Assembly (NCBI RefSeq): GCF_000007225.1
Contig: NC_003364.1
Location: 1,050,001-1,082,000 of the forward strand
DNA length: 32,000 nucleotides
Reading direction: 5' to 3'
DNA from: Pyrobaculum aerophilum str. IM2
GTDB lineage: Archaea; Thermoproteota; Thermoprotei; Thermoproteales; Thermoproteaceae
Shown here piece by piece: positions 17,305-26,482 of the stretch (positions are counted from its first letter, which is position 1; the number at the start of each line of letters is the position of its first letter). A program made the translations under genes and the position numbers. The notes beneath the pieces were generated by a model. The model was not told the origin of the DNA and searched no databases. It was given only the letters and a program-made list of their open reading frames with translations.

Positions 17305-17780
17305 GTGGCGGAGGTTATCAGCAAAGCTTCAGAAGACTGTTTACATAGAGTCGGCGTTGCTACTGGGAATTGTTCTCTTGAGGTAATTAATTGTAAACAA
17401 GCAAGGAGTTACAGGGGCGTGGCGGGTGTGTATATATTCTTCGACGAGTCAGGTGTGTATTACATTGGCGAGACCAACGACATTGCGCGTAGAGTTGGGG
17501 CACTGTAATGCGCACATAGGCGGGTCTGAGGGCGTTGTCAGATTTTTTATACACTCTTGGTGTATGCAGAGAGTCGGGTAAATGGCGTAGGTTAAGGGTT
17601 AAAGACAGGGAGCACTTTATCAAACCTGCTTAAATACAGGGGCTGAAGATATTTTTGTGTGATCAACTGCAGAGTAAGGAAAAGGACAGGGAGGAGGCTA
17701 GAATGAGACGGGAGCTGGAGGATTGTTTGACAAGAGAATTAGGGCCTCAACGTCTAAAGTTGCACCGGAGTTTTGTATAA
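17305..17780 (+). pseudogene. GIY-YIG nuclease domain gene, frameshifted remnant
   Basis: The first 67 codons contain GVYIFFDESGVYYIGETNDIARRV (GIY...YIG...R motifs). The frame then breaks at a GGGG run (17496-17499), and the sequence HCNAHIGGSEG continues in another frame. Further stops and shifts follow. Confidence 0.55.
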
Positions 17781-17809
17781 TTTAAAAACTGAGATCTTTC
17801 TAAGCGGAC

Positions 17810-18403
17810 ATGTCTACGTGTATTTCGGAGAGATTTTCTATATGTAGCCCGGAGGTGGATAGAGGCGAGGTTTTAAAAAAGGCGTTGGAAATCGAAGAGC
17901 TGTTTTCCGCATCTCCCTACGATGTAATAGGAGTGGCAGTTGCCTTCGGCGCAGATCCCGTGGAGGCCAAGAGGAAGTTGGGGGTGGAGATATCGGGATA
18001 CGTCAGAAAGCCGATATCTACATTTCTAGCCCGATACGGCAAAGCCCACGGCTACGAGAGAGTGGAGAGGGAGTTGGTAAAGCTCTACCAGGCCCAGAAA
18101 GGCTCTTGCATCTGCCCGGTGGGCCCAATAGCGCCGCTTGAAAAAGGCTATATAGTGCAACGGCCCTACGGAATTTATATATGCGACGGCGGGGGGTGCA
18201 GAGAGGTGGCGCCGGAGCCTCTGACTGTTTACGAACACCCCACAGGCTGTATGTTCTACAACCCGCCGCTGGTGCTCGCCGACCAGCCCATTGCCGCTGT
18301 GGCCAACGCCTTAAAGCAGTTAAAAGTCGCAGAGCCTGACCTCGTGGCCAAATACCTCCTCCCCGGCCTGTGCAGAGAGCTGTGGGGGGTGTACATTCCC
18401 TAG
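17810..18403 (+). CDS. hypothetical Cys-rich protein (197 aa)
   Basis: ORF with a well-spaced TATA (17776-17788). It carries CICP...CDGGGC...C clusters. No family recognised. Confidence 0.55.
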   Translation: MSTCISERFSICSPEVDRGEVLKKALEIEELFSASPYDVIGVAVAFGADPVEAKRKLGVEISGYVRKPISTFLARYGKAHGYERVERELVKLYQAQKGSCICPVGPIAPLEKGYIVQRPYGIYICDGGGCREVAPEPLTVYEHPTGCMFYNPPLVLADQPIAAVANALKQLKVAEPDLVAKYLLPGLCRELWGVYIP

Positions 18404-18563
18404 CGCTCGCCGCGTGGCTGATGGCGGAGCCGGGATCCTAAAGACGCGGCAAGCCTCCTCTGAAAAAACCGCAGTTGCGGTGTCCAAACGGCGAAATTGC
18501 GAACCGCGCGCTGGAGGTGGCTGAGTAAGTGGCCGCAAAGTTTTTAACCCGTTTTTTGCTAAT

Positions 18564-20129
18564 ATGCCGGTTTCTAAACTTCGAAGGATTACAACAAGGC
18601 GGACTCTGGCACTTGTATTAATAACGGCTGTAGCCCTAACAACGTATATTGTTGCGACAAACCTCCCCAGCCCAGACGTTACTATTAAGTTCGAGATTTA
18701 TGAAGATGGGAAGAGGATCACGGACATATTTACGAGGAGTGACGTGACTGCCGCCGTTTTCATCAGGGCCATCACGCCGGACGGAGAAGTGCCAGTATTC
18801 GTCGGCCAGACAAGGGGCGCCGTCCACGTGCCAGCCGCAAAGCTGGGCCCAATCGCCAAAAACTGGACTGATATACAGAGGGGGAGGGGCAACGACCCCG
18901 AGAGGTTCTTCACAGCCCTAATCGTGAGCGTGGCGGTTGTTAACAAGACGAGCGGAAAGCTTATTCTATACGCCACGTACTTCGTTGATTACCCGCCTGC
19001 AAAAATCGCGAGGGGAGATACTGAGGTAATCTACACGTTACACATAGCCAAAAAGCGGAGTGAGACTAGGGGCTATGTAGTTAAGGTCGATAGAGAGGAG
19101 AAGGGGAGCCCGCTGCTGGGGTACGGCTTCGCCGCGCTCAGCCCGCCTTACACAGAGCCGCCAAAAGACGTGTGGTGTGAAGTAGTGAGCCCAGAAATTC
19201 CGAGCTACATCTGTTGGTACAGGAAGGCCTGGATCGGCGTGGAAAACCTCACGGCCGTATTCCCCAGCTCCTACTTCGCCGTGTATAACGGCAAGACGTA
19301 TATGAAAGTGCCGGTGATAATGGCCGTAAACAACTTTACCGCGAGCGGCAGCATTGAGATCACAATAAGTATGCTTCAAACAGCTGCGAAATTCTCTGTC
19401 AGTGCCGTTTTGGCTGTGCCAGCCGATAAAGGTCCTTCTATAAGCCTAGCTGGTCGTAGTTGGGGCGGAGAGCTGTATTACATGGGCAACTCTATTTTTC
19501 TCGGCCCCACTAGATCTGGCTGGATTTGGATCTACGGAAGGCCCGTCTTTGCGTCATACGACGTATATTACGAGGCGCCGGGATGGAGGGAGTACTGGGG
19601 AGAAGAGAACTACTTCTACATAGCGGATATTTACGTAAGTAATATGATTATAATTAGCGACAAGGACTTCGTCTTGCCCGCTGAAATAATCAACTTCTTC
19701 TACGAGGGCGTCACTAAACAAGGCCCCCTAACTATTTCCGGAACGGCGCTGGACGACGGCAAGCTGGACCCGGGGGAGTACCTTTATTTTAGCCAGCTGT
19801 TCTCTTACTACGACAAGTGCGGCGCCGATTTTGAAGTCGGAATTCCAGTCGGCGCGATAATAGTAGCCGCTTTGACGAAAAATGTACAGCTAACTCTTGC
19901 AACTGCCGCTATCAAGGCCTTAGAAGTATCCCTATCTGTAGAGGGCGCAAATGTATACATAAATGGTAATATATACAATTACGGCGATCATCCAGACGTG
20001 CCTAACGATATGAACATCGCAGAGTATATTGTCGTCGCCGTTGGGAGGTATAATTACACGGCTAAGGACTTCTGGGGCAATACTTGTACCTACGACGTGC
20101 CCGCCGGTCTGTATATTGAAAGTCGCTAA
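18564..20129 (+). CDS. large N-terminally anchored secreted protein, unknown family (521 aa)
   Basis: N-terminal anchor LALVLITAVALTTYIVA. Tyr/Val/Ile-rich beta-type composition with N-x-S/T sequons. TATA-like box at 18540-18549. Confidence 0.7.
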   Translation: MPVSKLRRITTRRTLALVLITAVALTTYIVATNLPSPDVTIKFEIYEDGKRITDIFTRSDVTAAVFIRAITPDGEVPVFVGQTRGAVHVPAAKLGPIAKNWTDIQRGRGNDPERFFTALIVSVAVVNKTSGKLILYATYFVDYPPAKIARGDTEVIYTLHIAKKRSETRGYVVKVDREEKGSPLLGYGFAALSPPYTEPPKDVWCEVVSPEIPSYICWYRKAWIGVENLTAVFPSSYFAVYNGKTYMKVPVIMAVNNFTASGSIEITISMLQTAAKFSVSAVLAVPADKGPSISLAGRSWGGELYYMGNSIFLGPTRSGWIWIYGRPVFASYDVYYEAPGWREYWGEENYFYIADIYVSNMIIISDKDFVLPAEIINFFYEGVTKQGPLTISGTALDDGKLDPGEYLYFSQLFSYYDKCGADFEVGIPVGAIIVAALTKNVQLTLATAAIKALEVSLSVEGANVYINGNIYNYGDHPDVPNDMNIAEYIVVAVGRYNYTAKDFWGNTCTYDVPAGLYIESR

Positions 20130-20264
20130 CTCTCCCCAAAATCCGCTTTTCCCATCGCGGTTTTTACGCCTCTCATACAAATCCGCAGGCGAGCTTGTTT
20201 TTCACGGCCTCGCACTACGCCGTCGTGGCGGCAACATGTTATAAATAGGCAGTATATAGACCCG

Positions 20265-21164
20265 ATGAAAATCGGCATAGTTAGGCCGTACGAGGTCGAG
20301 TTCAACCTCGGGGATGTTGCCGACTTAGAAGAGGCGATTAAAAAACGTGGCCACATCCCCATTAGGATATACGTGGACATGTTAGAGGTCAGGATTGGGG
20401 GCGGGGGAGTTGCAGTGAGGCAGGCGGTTGGCAGAGGCCAGCCTGAGGAGGTGGACGTGCCCGGGGCAATTCTGCGCCACCTGGGCATATTCCGCGACTT
20501 TGAGCAGTTCCTCTACAGAGTGTGGGCGGCGAGGGCCTTAGAGGAGTCCGGCGCCTACGTCATGAACCCAGTGTTGCCGTGGGTTGTCGCCGGCGATAAA
20601 ATGGCCGCGCTTATGAAGCTGGCAAAGGCCGGCCTCCCGGTGCCGCCGACAGTAGTGACGGAGAACATGTTTGTGGGGTACAGAGCAGTCGCCGAGTTCG
20701 GCAGGGCTGTGGTTAAACAAATGAGAGGCGCCATGGGCTACGGCGTTTTTTTAGTGGATAACCCAGACGTGGCTTTTCACATTTTTTCGGCGCTTGTCAA
20801 TTTGAACAAGCCCATATACGTCCAGAAATTCCTCGAAAAGGGAAGCGGCGACTACCGCGTGGTGGTTGTGGGAGGCCGCGTAATAGGCGCGGAGTACAGA
20901 AGGGGGGAGGGGTGGAAGACGAACGTGGCCCAGGGGGCTAAGCCCGAGCCCGCCAGAGCAACCCCCCAAATGGAAGAGCTGGCGGTAAGGGCCGTGGAGG
21001 CGCTCGGCTTAGACTACGGCGGAGTCGACATCGCCGAGACGAGCGACGGGTATTACATACTTGAGGTAAACCCCACTATGAGCTGGCAGGGCTTTAAACA
21101 AGCAACGGGGATAAACCCGGCTGAGCACATCGTGGACTACCTTCTAGAGAAAATAAAGAAATGA
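20265..21164 (+). CDS. RimK-family ATP-grasp ligase
   Basis: 299 aa with an ATP-grasp pattern (VVKQMRGAMGYGVFLV, PIYVQKFLE, DYRVVVVGGRVIGA, GGVDIAETSDGYYILEVNPTMSW). Confidence 0.85.
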   Translation: MKIGIVRPYEVEFNLGDVADLEEAIKKRGHIPIRIYVDMLEVRIGGGGVAVRQAVGRGQPEEVDVPGAILRHLGIFRDFEQFLYRVWAARALEESGAYVMNPVLPWVVAGDKMAALMKLAKAGLPVPPTVVTENMFVGYRAVAEFGRAVVKQMRGAMGYGVFLVDNPDVAFHIFSALVNLNKPIYVQKFLEKGSGDYRVVVVGGRVIGAEYRRGEGWKTNVAQGAKPEPARATPQMEELAVRAVEALGLDYGGVDIAETSDGYYILEVNPTMSWQGFKQATGINPAEHIVDYLLEKIKK

Positions 21165-21251
21165 CGGCAGATTTCAAACCATTACAGCAATAGGCAAATT
21201 ACTTTTCATTTTTTGGCTAACGCAAAAAAAAGACCGGAATTACATGACGCC

Positions 21252-22682
21252 ATGGACAAAAGGCTAGTTTTGGGATTGATGGCGCTTCTGTTGGCAACTG
21301 CGCTGATATACGCGGCTACTCCATACAAAAACCCGTATCAGTACTCTGAGGAGCACCAGACGCTTTGGGGTAAAATCGCCGCCCTTGCCCACTACGACGT
21401 GATTAAGACTACAGAGCCTAGGCTCTGCTCAAACGGCGCGGCTAACTACACGTGCTTTTTAAGCAAAACGGATATTGCCCCTATCCTAAAGGCGTTAAAC
21501 AAGACGGGAGTGAAGCCGGAGGTTGCTGAGATAGAGGCGAAGTGGGTCCTTGTCCTAGACATAGACTACACAGCAGTGCTGGCAACTGGCAACTCTTCCC
21601 CGTATTGGCGCAATTACACAGTAATAAAGGCGTGGGAGCTTACGTGGAACAACCAGACTGCGAGAGTTTATCAAGTAAGGCTGAGGTGGTCATACGGCGA
21701 GTTGATAAAGGCAAAGGATCTGGTCGTTGAAAAATTATTGTATAAAGACAAGGTCAAGGGGATCACCTCTGTAGCGCCAGCCCTAGAGAGGATAGTAGTC
21801 ACTACTAAAAACGCCACCTCTGACCGCAAGCCAGATCCCAATGCAACCGAGACAATAAAGAAAAAGATAAAAGAGATTGATTCAGATCTTGAGGTGGAGG
21901 TTGCTTACGCCGAAGAGGCGAGACCAACGCTGAGTAGAGGTAGTGTTTTTAACCCACTTGTAGGAGGCATAAATATAACACTTATTTATAGATATACTCC
22001 TAACTATTTGAATATCTCTGGTTGCACATTGGGCTTTACTGGCATGCTGTATGGCTCAATCCCCGTCATAGTGACGGCGTGGCATTGTAGTTTTTGGATA
22101 TGGGGGAGTTCTGTAAGAGTTTACCAGCCCACGCACTTCGACTACTACATAGGCAATCAATACCAGCCAGCTGGATGTACATACAGGCAAATTGACGCCT
22201 ATACCATTGAGACGTATTGCGATATTATGACAATACCGGTAGATACTAGCAGACGCACCACTGCTCCACAGATCTTCAGACCTTACGACGTGGACTGGGG
22301 GACTGTGACGAAGGTGTTGGGGAGATACGACGTGCCTTGGCTTGGTACATTAACTAAGGCTGGGAGAACAACCGACATAGCACAAGGACTTCTGTGGAAT
22401 TATTGTACAGATACTATATATTATCAAAGAGCGAGATATGATGAAAATCTAATCATTATACATCAAATAACTGTTAAATGTACAGTTGATGTAGCTTGGA
22501 TGAAAAATTGGAAAGGCGATAGTGGTGGCCCTGTCTACGTAGTAGGCCCGTTAATAGGGCTAAATTCGAGAGAGATATACGCATATGGAATTACCTCTGG
22601 CGTTTATTTCGGCTTGGTTGGAGAGCCGCACACTATAGTATCGCCCCTCGATGCCTATCCTTTATATGTCAAATATACTTAG
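21252..22682 (+). CDS. membrane-anchored trypsin-fold (S1-like) serine protease with a long N-terminal region of unknown function
   Basis: His motif VTAWHC (His codon 22083-22085). Asp candidate in DAYTIETYCDIMTI. Ser motif GDSGGP (22518-22532). N-terminal anchor LVLGLMALLLATALIYA. ATG at 21252 fits the TATA-like gcaaaaaaaag. The track ORF starts at TTG 21213. Confidence 0.8.
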   Translation: MDKRLVLGLMALLLATALIYAATPYKNPYQYSEEHQTLWGKIAALAHYDVIKTTEPRLCSNGAANYTCFLSKTDIAPILKALNKTGVKPEVAEIEAKWVLVLDIDYTAVLATGNSSPYWRNYTVIKAWELTWNNQTARVYQVRLRWSYGELIKAKDLVVEKLLYKDKVKGITSVAPALERIVVTTKNATSDRKPDPNATETIKKKIKEIDSDLEVEVAYAEEARPTLSRGSVFNPLVGGINITLIYRYTPNYLNISGCTLGFTGMLYGSIPVIVTAWHCSFWIWGSSVRVYQPTHFDYYIGNQYQPAGCTYRQIDAYTIETYCDIMTIPVDTSRRTTAPQIFRPYDVDWGTVTKVLGRYDVPWLGTLTKAGRTTDIAQGLLWNYCTDTIYYQRARYDENLIIIHQITVKCTVDVAWMKNWKGDSGGPVYVVGPLIGLNSREIYAYGITSGVYFGLVGEPHTIVSPLDAYPLYVKYT

Positions 22683-23472
22683 AATTACTGTCAAAATTAT
22701 CTTTTTTTCATTACTTTTTATTCTCTTTATTATTACACTTCTTCTTACATTTGCTAATGTAGTGTGTATTGCTGGCTGGGAGCCTCCCAACCCGCCTCGG
22801 TGTCAGCTGGTTGGTAGAGTGGCGGAGGCGCTATTCCCTCTGCCCTACTCTGCAATACTCAAAGCCTCTGAATTTGTATGTAATCTTTTAAATGCCGCGG
22901 GATATGCCGCTTCTCCGCCCAAGTGTGCGCCGGCTGGAAGCGTCGTGGAGACTTACGCCACTGGTACCGTCTACGGTCCGTGCGACTACAAGGGGAGCCT
23001 CCAAGTGTCGAGCTGCATAGTGAAGGGAGTTGAGGGAAGCGCCTGCGTGGCCAGCGACGGCAGATACGCGGTGTTTCTAGCATCGGTGCCCGAGCCGTCC
23101 GAGCCGCGCGGAAGTGGCGCAAGCACGCTGGCGATAAGACTTCAGCCAATTATAGTCGTTGTCGACTTGCGCACGGGCGATGCGGCGTTGCTCCACTTCT
23201 GGTTTCACGTTAACAACACGGCCCAGTTTGTAAACTACTCGCAACCTCCCCCGTGGTATGACCCAGCTACGTTACCAGCTACGTTAAGCCGCTTCGTCGT
23301 CTTTGGGGAAGACGGCGTATATTTAAGAAACGCCACGGAGCCATTCGCTCTGGTTATAATCCGTGACTTCTACGCGGCCAGAGTTAGCGTTGACAAGTCT
23401 GCGCTGACAGTCTCTGGGCCGGTGGAGCGCGCCAGCGGCGTGTTTATAAAAGTGCCCATCCGCGGCGGATAG
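22651..23472 (+). CDS. Cys-rich secreted partner protein (273 aa), paralog of 23733-24884
   Basis: Overlaps the protease 3' end. N-terminal helix IIFFSLLFILFIITLLLTF. Shares VYGPC, CVASDGRYA, VVDLxTG, VVFGxDGVYLR and FxKVPI with the minus-strand paralog. Confidence 0.65.
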   Translation: MPILYMSNILRITVKIIFFSLLFILFIITLLLTFANVVCIAGWEPPNPPRCQLVGRVAEALFPLPYSAILKASEFVCNLLNAAGYAASPPKCAPAGSVVETYATGTVYGPCDYKGSLQVSSCIVKGVEGSACVASDGRYAVFLASVPEPSEPRGSGASTLAIRLQPIIVVVDLRTGDAALLHFWFHVNNTAQFVNYSQPPPWYDPATLPATLSRFVVFGEDGVYLRNATEPFALVIIRDFYAARVSVDKSALTVSGPVERASGVFIKVPIRGG

Positions 23473-23732
23473 GGCCAAACGCCTGAACCAGACAGCGACG
23501 GCGCTTTGTATTAGCCACATACTGAACAGTCGGCTTGGCTGAAATAACACACATCATTCAGCCGCTAAGGCGTAATTCTCGGCGCAGGACACATCGGGCG
23601 GATTGAAAGTTGCCGCCAGAGGCGTGGCGCTGGGGCGAGAGAGGTAGGGCGCCGGAGCCCAGGAGGTCAACACAGCCTACGAGGTACTGCTGGCTTTGCG
23701 CAGTCCTTCCCCCGGCGCGCCGTCTAGACGTA

Positions 23733-24884
23733 CTACTCCCTCCTGGGTATTGGAACCTTGACGAAAGTGCCGTTGACGGCCTCCACCGGCTGGCCTATTC
23801 TCAGCCTGGAGGGATCCAGCTCTACGCGCAGGGTGAAGACGCTCTTTATCATTGCCTCTATCCTGCCGAGGTCCGCCTTCCAGTCGCTGGGCGCCTCCCT
23901 GAGGTACACCCCATCTCTGCCGAATACTACATGGCGTCGAATCTCTTCGACATAGAGGAGCGCGATATCTGGATGCGGCGAAAGAGGGTCTGGAAGCTCT
24001 GGAAAAGCTAATTGTACGGCTGTCGACTATCCTGTGTTTAAGTCCACGACAAGTAGGTAATAGTGGGGAGGGATCAAGACCGCGGGGCAAACCACAGGCT
24101 CACACGGAGGCGTGTGGGCCGGGCAGGCGGACTTTTCAACGCGCGCCAAAGACGCCGCGTACCTCCCGTCGCTGGCCACACAACTGAGGGGCTCTATTCT
24201 AATCACTTCGCCAGTCCTACACGTCGGCTTGCTGTATTCAAAAGACCCGTCGTATTGGCAAGGCCCGTAGACATAGCCGGAGGCGTTGGACGCCTCTCCT
24301 GCGGGGCACGGCGGTGGCGGTTTGTAGTTAAGCCCTGCGGCTAAGCAGATAGGCGCCGTAAACGGCCCCCAACGGGGATCAAAGGCAAGGGATATAAGCT
24401 GTGTAAGGCCTATCGTAATAATATGTAAAAAATCCTTTTCATTTGTAGCCAACGTCCCGCCAAACGAGTCTGGCGACGTCCGTCTGATTATATAAACAGC
24501 TGGGACGGCTATGGCGGCGATTTCAAGCGTCACGAAATCCCACGCAATTCTATAGTCAATGAGCTCTAAGGGCCCGCTTTTTACGAAATCAATTATAGAG
24601 CCATTTAGACACGTCCCCAGCTCCTTTATGCTCGTCTCCGTAAGCCTCTTTAAAAACTCCGTCTCGTTGGGCGGGGCTATTAATATCATCGCCACTCCCC
24701 TCCCAGGGCTGATCCCAACGGAAAAGTCCCTGGGCGTTACAGACACGCCGCTCTCGTTATAAGGCCGCCAGACTAGTTTGCCAAGCGCAGAAATCCTCCT
24801 GTCTATTTCATCGCCCTCCGCCCCCACAAGGTAATGAGATGGCGGCGGGGCCTCGCTTATATCTATCATAACTAACAGCGGCAA
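23733..24884 (-). pseudogene. paralog of the Cys-rich partner protein, interrupted by one in-frame TAG (24027-24029)
   Basis: The 285-aa ORF ends ...YYLLVVDLNTG-TAG. The same frame continues for 95 more codons (STAVQLAF...VVFGRDGVYLREAPSDW...NGTFVKVPIPRRE) to a TAG at 23733-23735. That extension aligns with the C-terminal third of the 273-aa paralog. Confidence 0.65.
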
Positions 24885-24888
24885 ATCT

Positions 24889-25476
24889 CTATAATTTCTT
24901 AAACACTTCCCTCAGCCGATCCTTTACTTTAGCCAAAGCGCTCATGTCTTTGCCAGGTGGTTGCGAGATATCTATATTAACTGTTCTCCTCCACGCACTG
25001 ACGAATATAACATTTACCTTAATGCCGGCAGTAGCCAGCGAGGCTTTAACGTCCTCTATTAGGGCAGAGGTCCTATTCGCCCACTTACTTGCTCTGGAGA
25101 GTCTCTCTGCTGTTGTCCTATTAGCCACGGCGCCGCAACAATAGTAGTAATCCGCGGTGCCAGTGTAATTCGCCGCCTCTAATTCCGCCTCTATCTCACG
25201 CCACACTTTTTTAAACTCCTCGCGCCATTTCTCTGGAAACTCATACCACAATTTGATTTTTTCTTGAGCCTCTTTATTTGCCTTTTTTACCTCGGGGTCG
25301 TAATGGCGAATAACGTAATATACACAGTTGTCCACTTTAATCTCAACTGCGGGCCTTTGGAAGACTGAGTAAACAACAGTCATGTTGCCGAAATTGTGCA
25401 CCTCGCCGTGATAAGTCCACGCCGCAAATACAACAGCGGCGAGGAGTACTAGGAAGAGTAGTGACTCACTCGCCAT
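24889..25476 (-). CDS. N-terminally anchored hypothetical protein (about 195 aa)
   Basis: ATG at 25476 gives MASESLLFLVLLAAVVFAAW. The central region is Lys/Glu-rich and helical. It lies between the protease remnant and the partner paralog. The track ORF starts 11 codons earlier. Confidence 0.55.
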   Translation of the reverse strand: MASESLLFLVLLAAVVFAAWTYHGEVHNFGNMTVVYSVFQRPAVEIKVDNCVYYVIRHYDPEVKKANKEAQEKIKLWYEFPEKWREEFKKVWREIEAELEAANYTGTADYYYCCGAVANRTTAERLSRASKWANRTSALIEDVKASLATAGIKVNVIFVSAWRRTVNIDISQPPGKDMSALAKVKDRLREVFKKL

Positions 25477-26085
25477 ATCTATGCACAACGCCGTAGAATT
25501 TATTAACACACTCTACAGCCCTAAACTCTATGAACGGCGGATTATCCGCAGGCCTTAACGATGTGAAAATTCCTGTAATCGTAACAAGCACGTACGGTGT
25601 TCTCGGTATTGGAGACACTTTGAGGAGAGGCGATCCGCTATCCCCTTGTTGAGTCGGCTTCCATTCAGGGTCGTAGTATATAACTAACAGACAGTACGGC
25701 CTACCGTCAGGCGCAGTGGGTTCGTAGTAATAAATCCGGGCTTTTCCTCCCTTATATCCAGTTAAGTGGCCAATTCGATACATATTGTAGATGACTTGCC
25801 CCTCATACGACTTTAGCGTGCTGTCGCTGAAGTAGGTCATGGAGACTTGTGGGTATCCGCTGTATCCGCACAACTCTATAGGCGGCGATGCCATTGTGGA
25901 TCTTTTTTCAATTTTAACAACAGCCGCGTCGACAAGATTGTCGTTTTTATCCCACAGCTTGCCAATGTAGTTTTGGGCGTTCCTCCGAAAGGAGAACCGC
26001 AATAATAGCAATGTTGGTATATACTATCGCCGTCGTCAAAGCCATGGGACACTGTTATATACGCCGGTTGCGATCCAAGCCATAC
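25466..26085 (-). pseudogene. S1-like serine protease paralog, 5'-truncated and frameshifted
   Basis: Two overlapping minus-strand frames. The upstream frame has GSQPAYITVSHGF (compare GSIPVIVTAWHC). The downstream frame has NYIGKL...DAAVVKI...GDSGSPLL (compare YYIGNQ...DAYTIE...GDSGGP). The shift is near 25990-26010. Homology stops at the inverted repeat edge (26086). Confidence 0.75.
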
Positions 26086-26288
26086 GGCGGGGTGGGGGGT
26101 GGCAATACCTTCATGACTCTCCCTTGCACATCCCCCAATTTTGAATTTTTCTCCAGCGTCTGACACCGGTCGGGCGGTGCCCCCTGGCGCCCCGCTCCCA
26201 GGTGTTGAGCAAGATTTCGTTCAACATCGCGCCTTTCAACTCCCGAGTGTTGAACTGAGTACGGGTTTCAGCTCTCCGATTTTGAACC
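26086..26288. repeat. left inverted repeat of the tnpB element
   Basis: Its reverse complement aligns with 27663-27861. Examples: ctgaaacccgtactcagttcaacactcgggagttgaaaggcgcgatgttgaacg versus ctgaaatccgtactcagttcaacactcgggagttgaaaggcgcaatgttgaacg, and also caccgcccgaccggtgtcaga. Confidence 0.9.
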
Positions 26289-26482
26289 TGGCTCTGTTCA
26301 GCGACACGGCTCCCGGCCCCCGGGCGCTGAACTGTCCCCTTTCCTGAGTTCACTCCTGAGTTGACGTCTTTTCAGCGGACACCTCCTGAATTTTTCAGGA
26401 AGTGGGCGCCGAAACTACGCTAACTCAGGAGGGATTTCAGGACGGCAGGAGGATTCAAATTTGCGGGTGCGCAGGACGGGGC

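Noticed and set aside
18417-18463. Possible third C/D box sRNA: CUGAUGG … CUGA, 46 nt apart, downstream of the 197-aa gene.
   Set aside because: The C box deviates at both critical end positions, no recognisable C' or D' boxes are present, and there is no upstream TATA.
23610-24090. Overlapping 133-aa (plus) and 137-aa (minus) ORFs between the convergent cassettes.
   Set aside because: A third frame on the minus strand is homologous to the C-terminus of the 273-aa paralog and explains the region. The two reported ORFs have Arg/Pro/Gly-rich junk composition.
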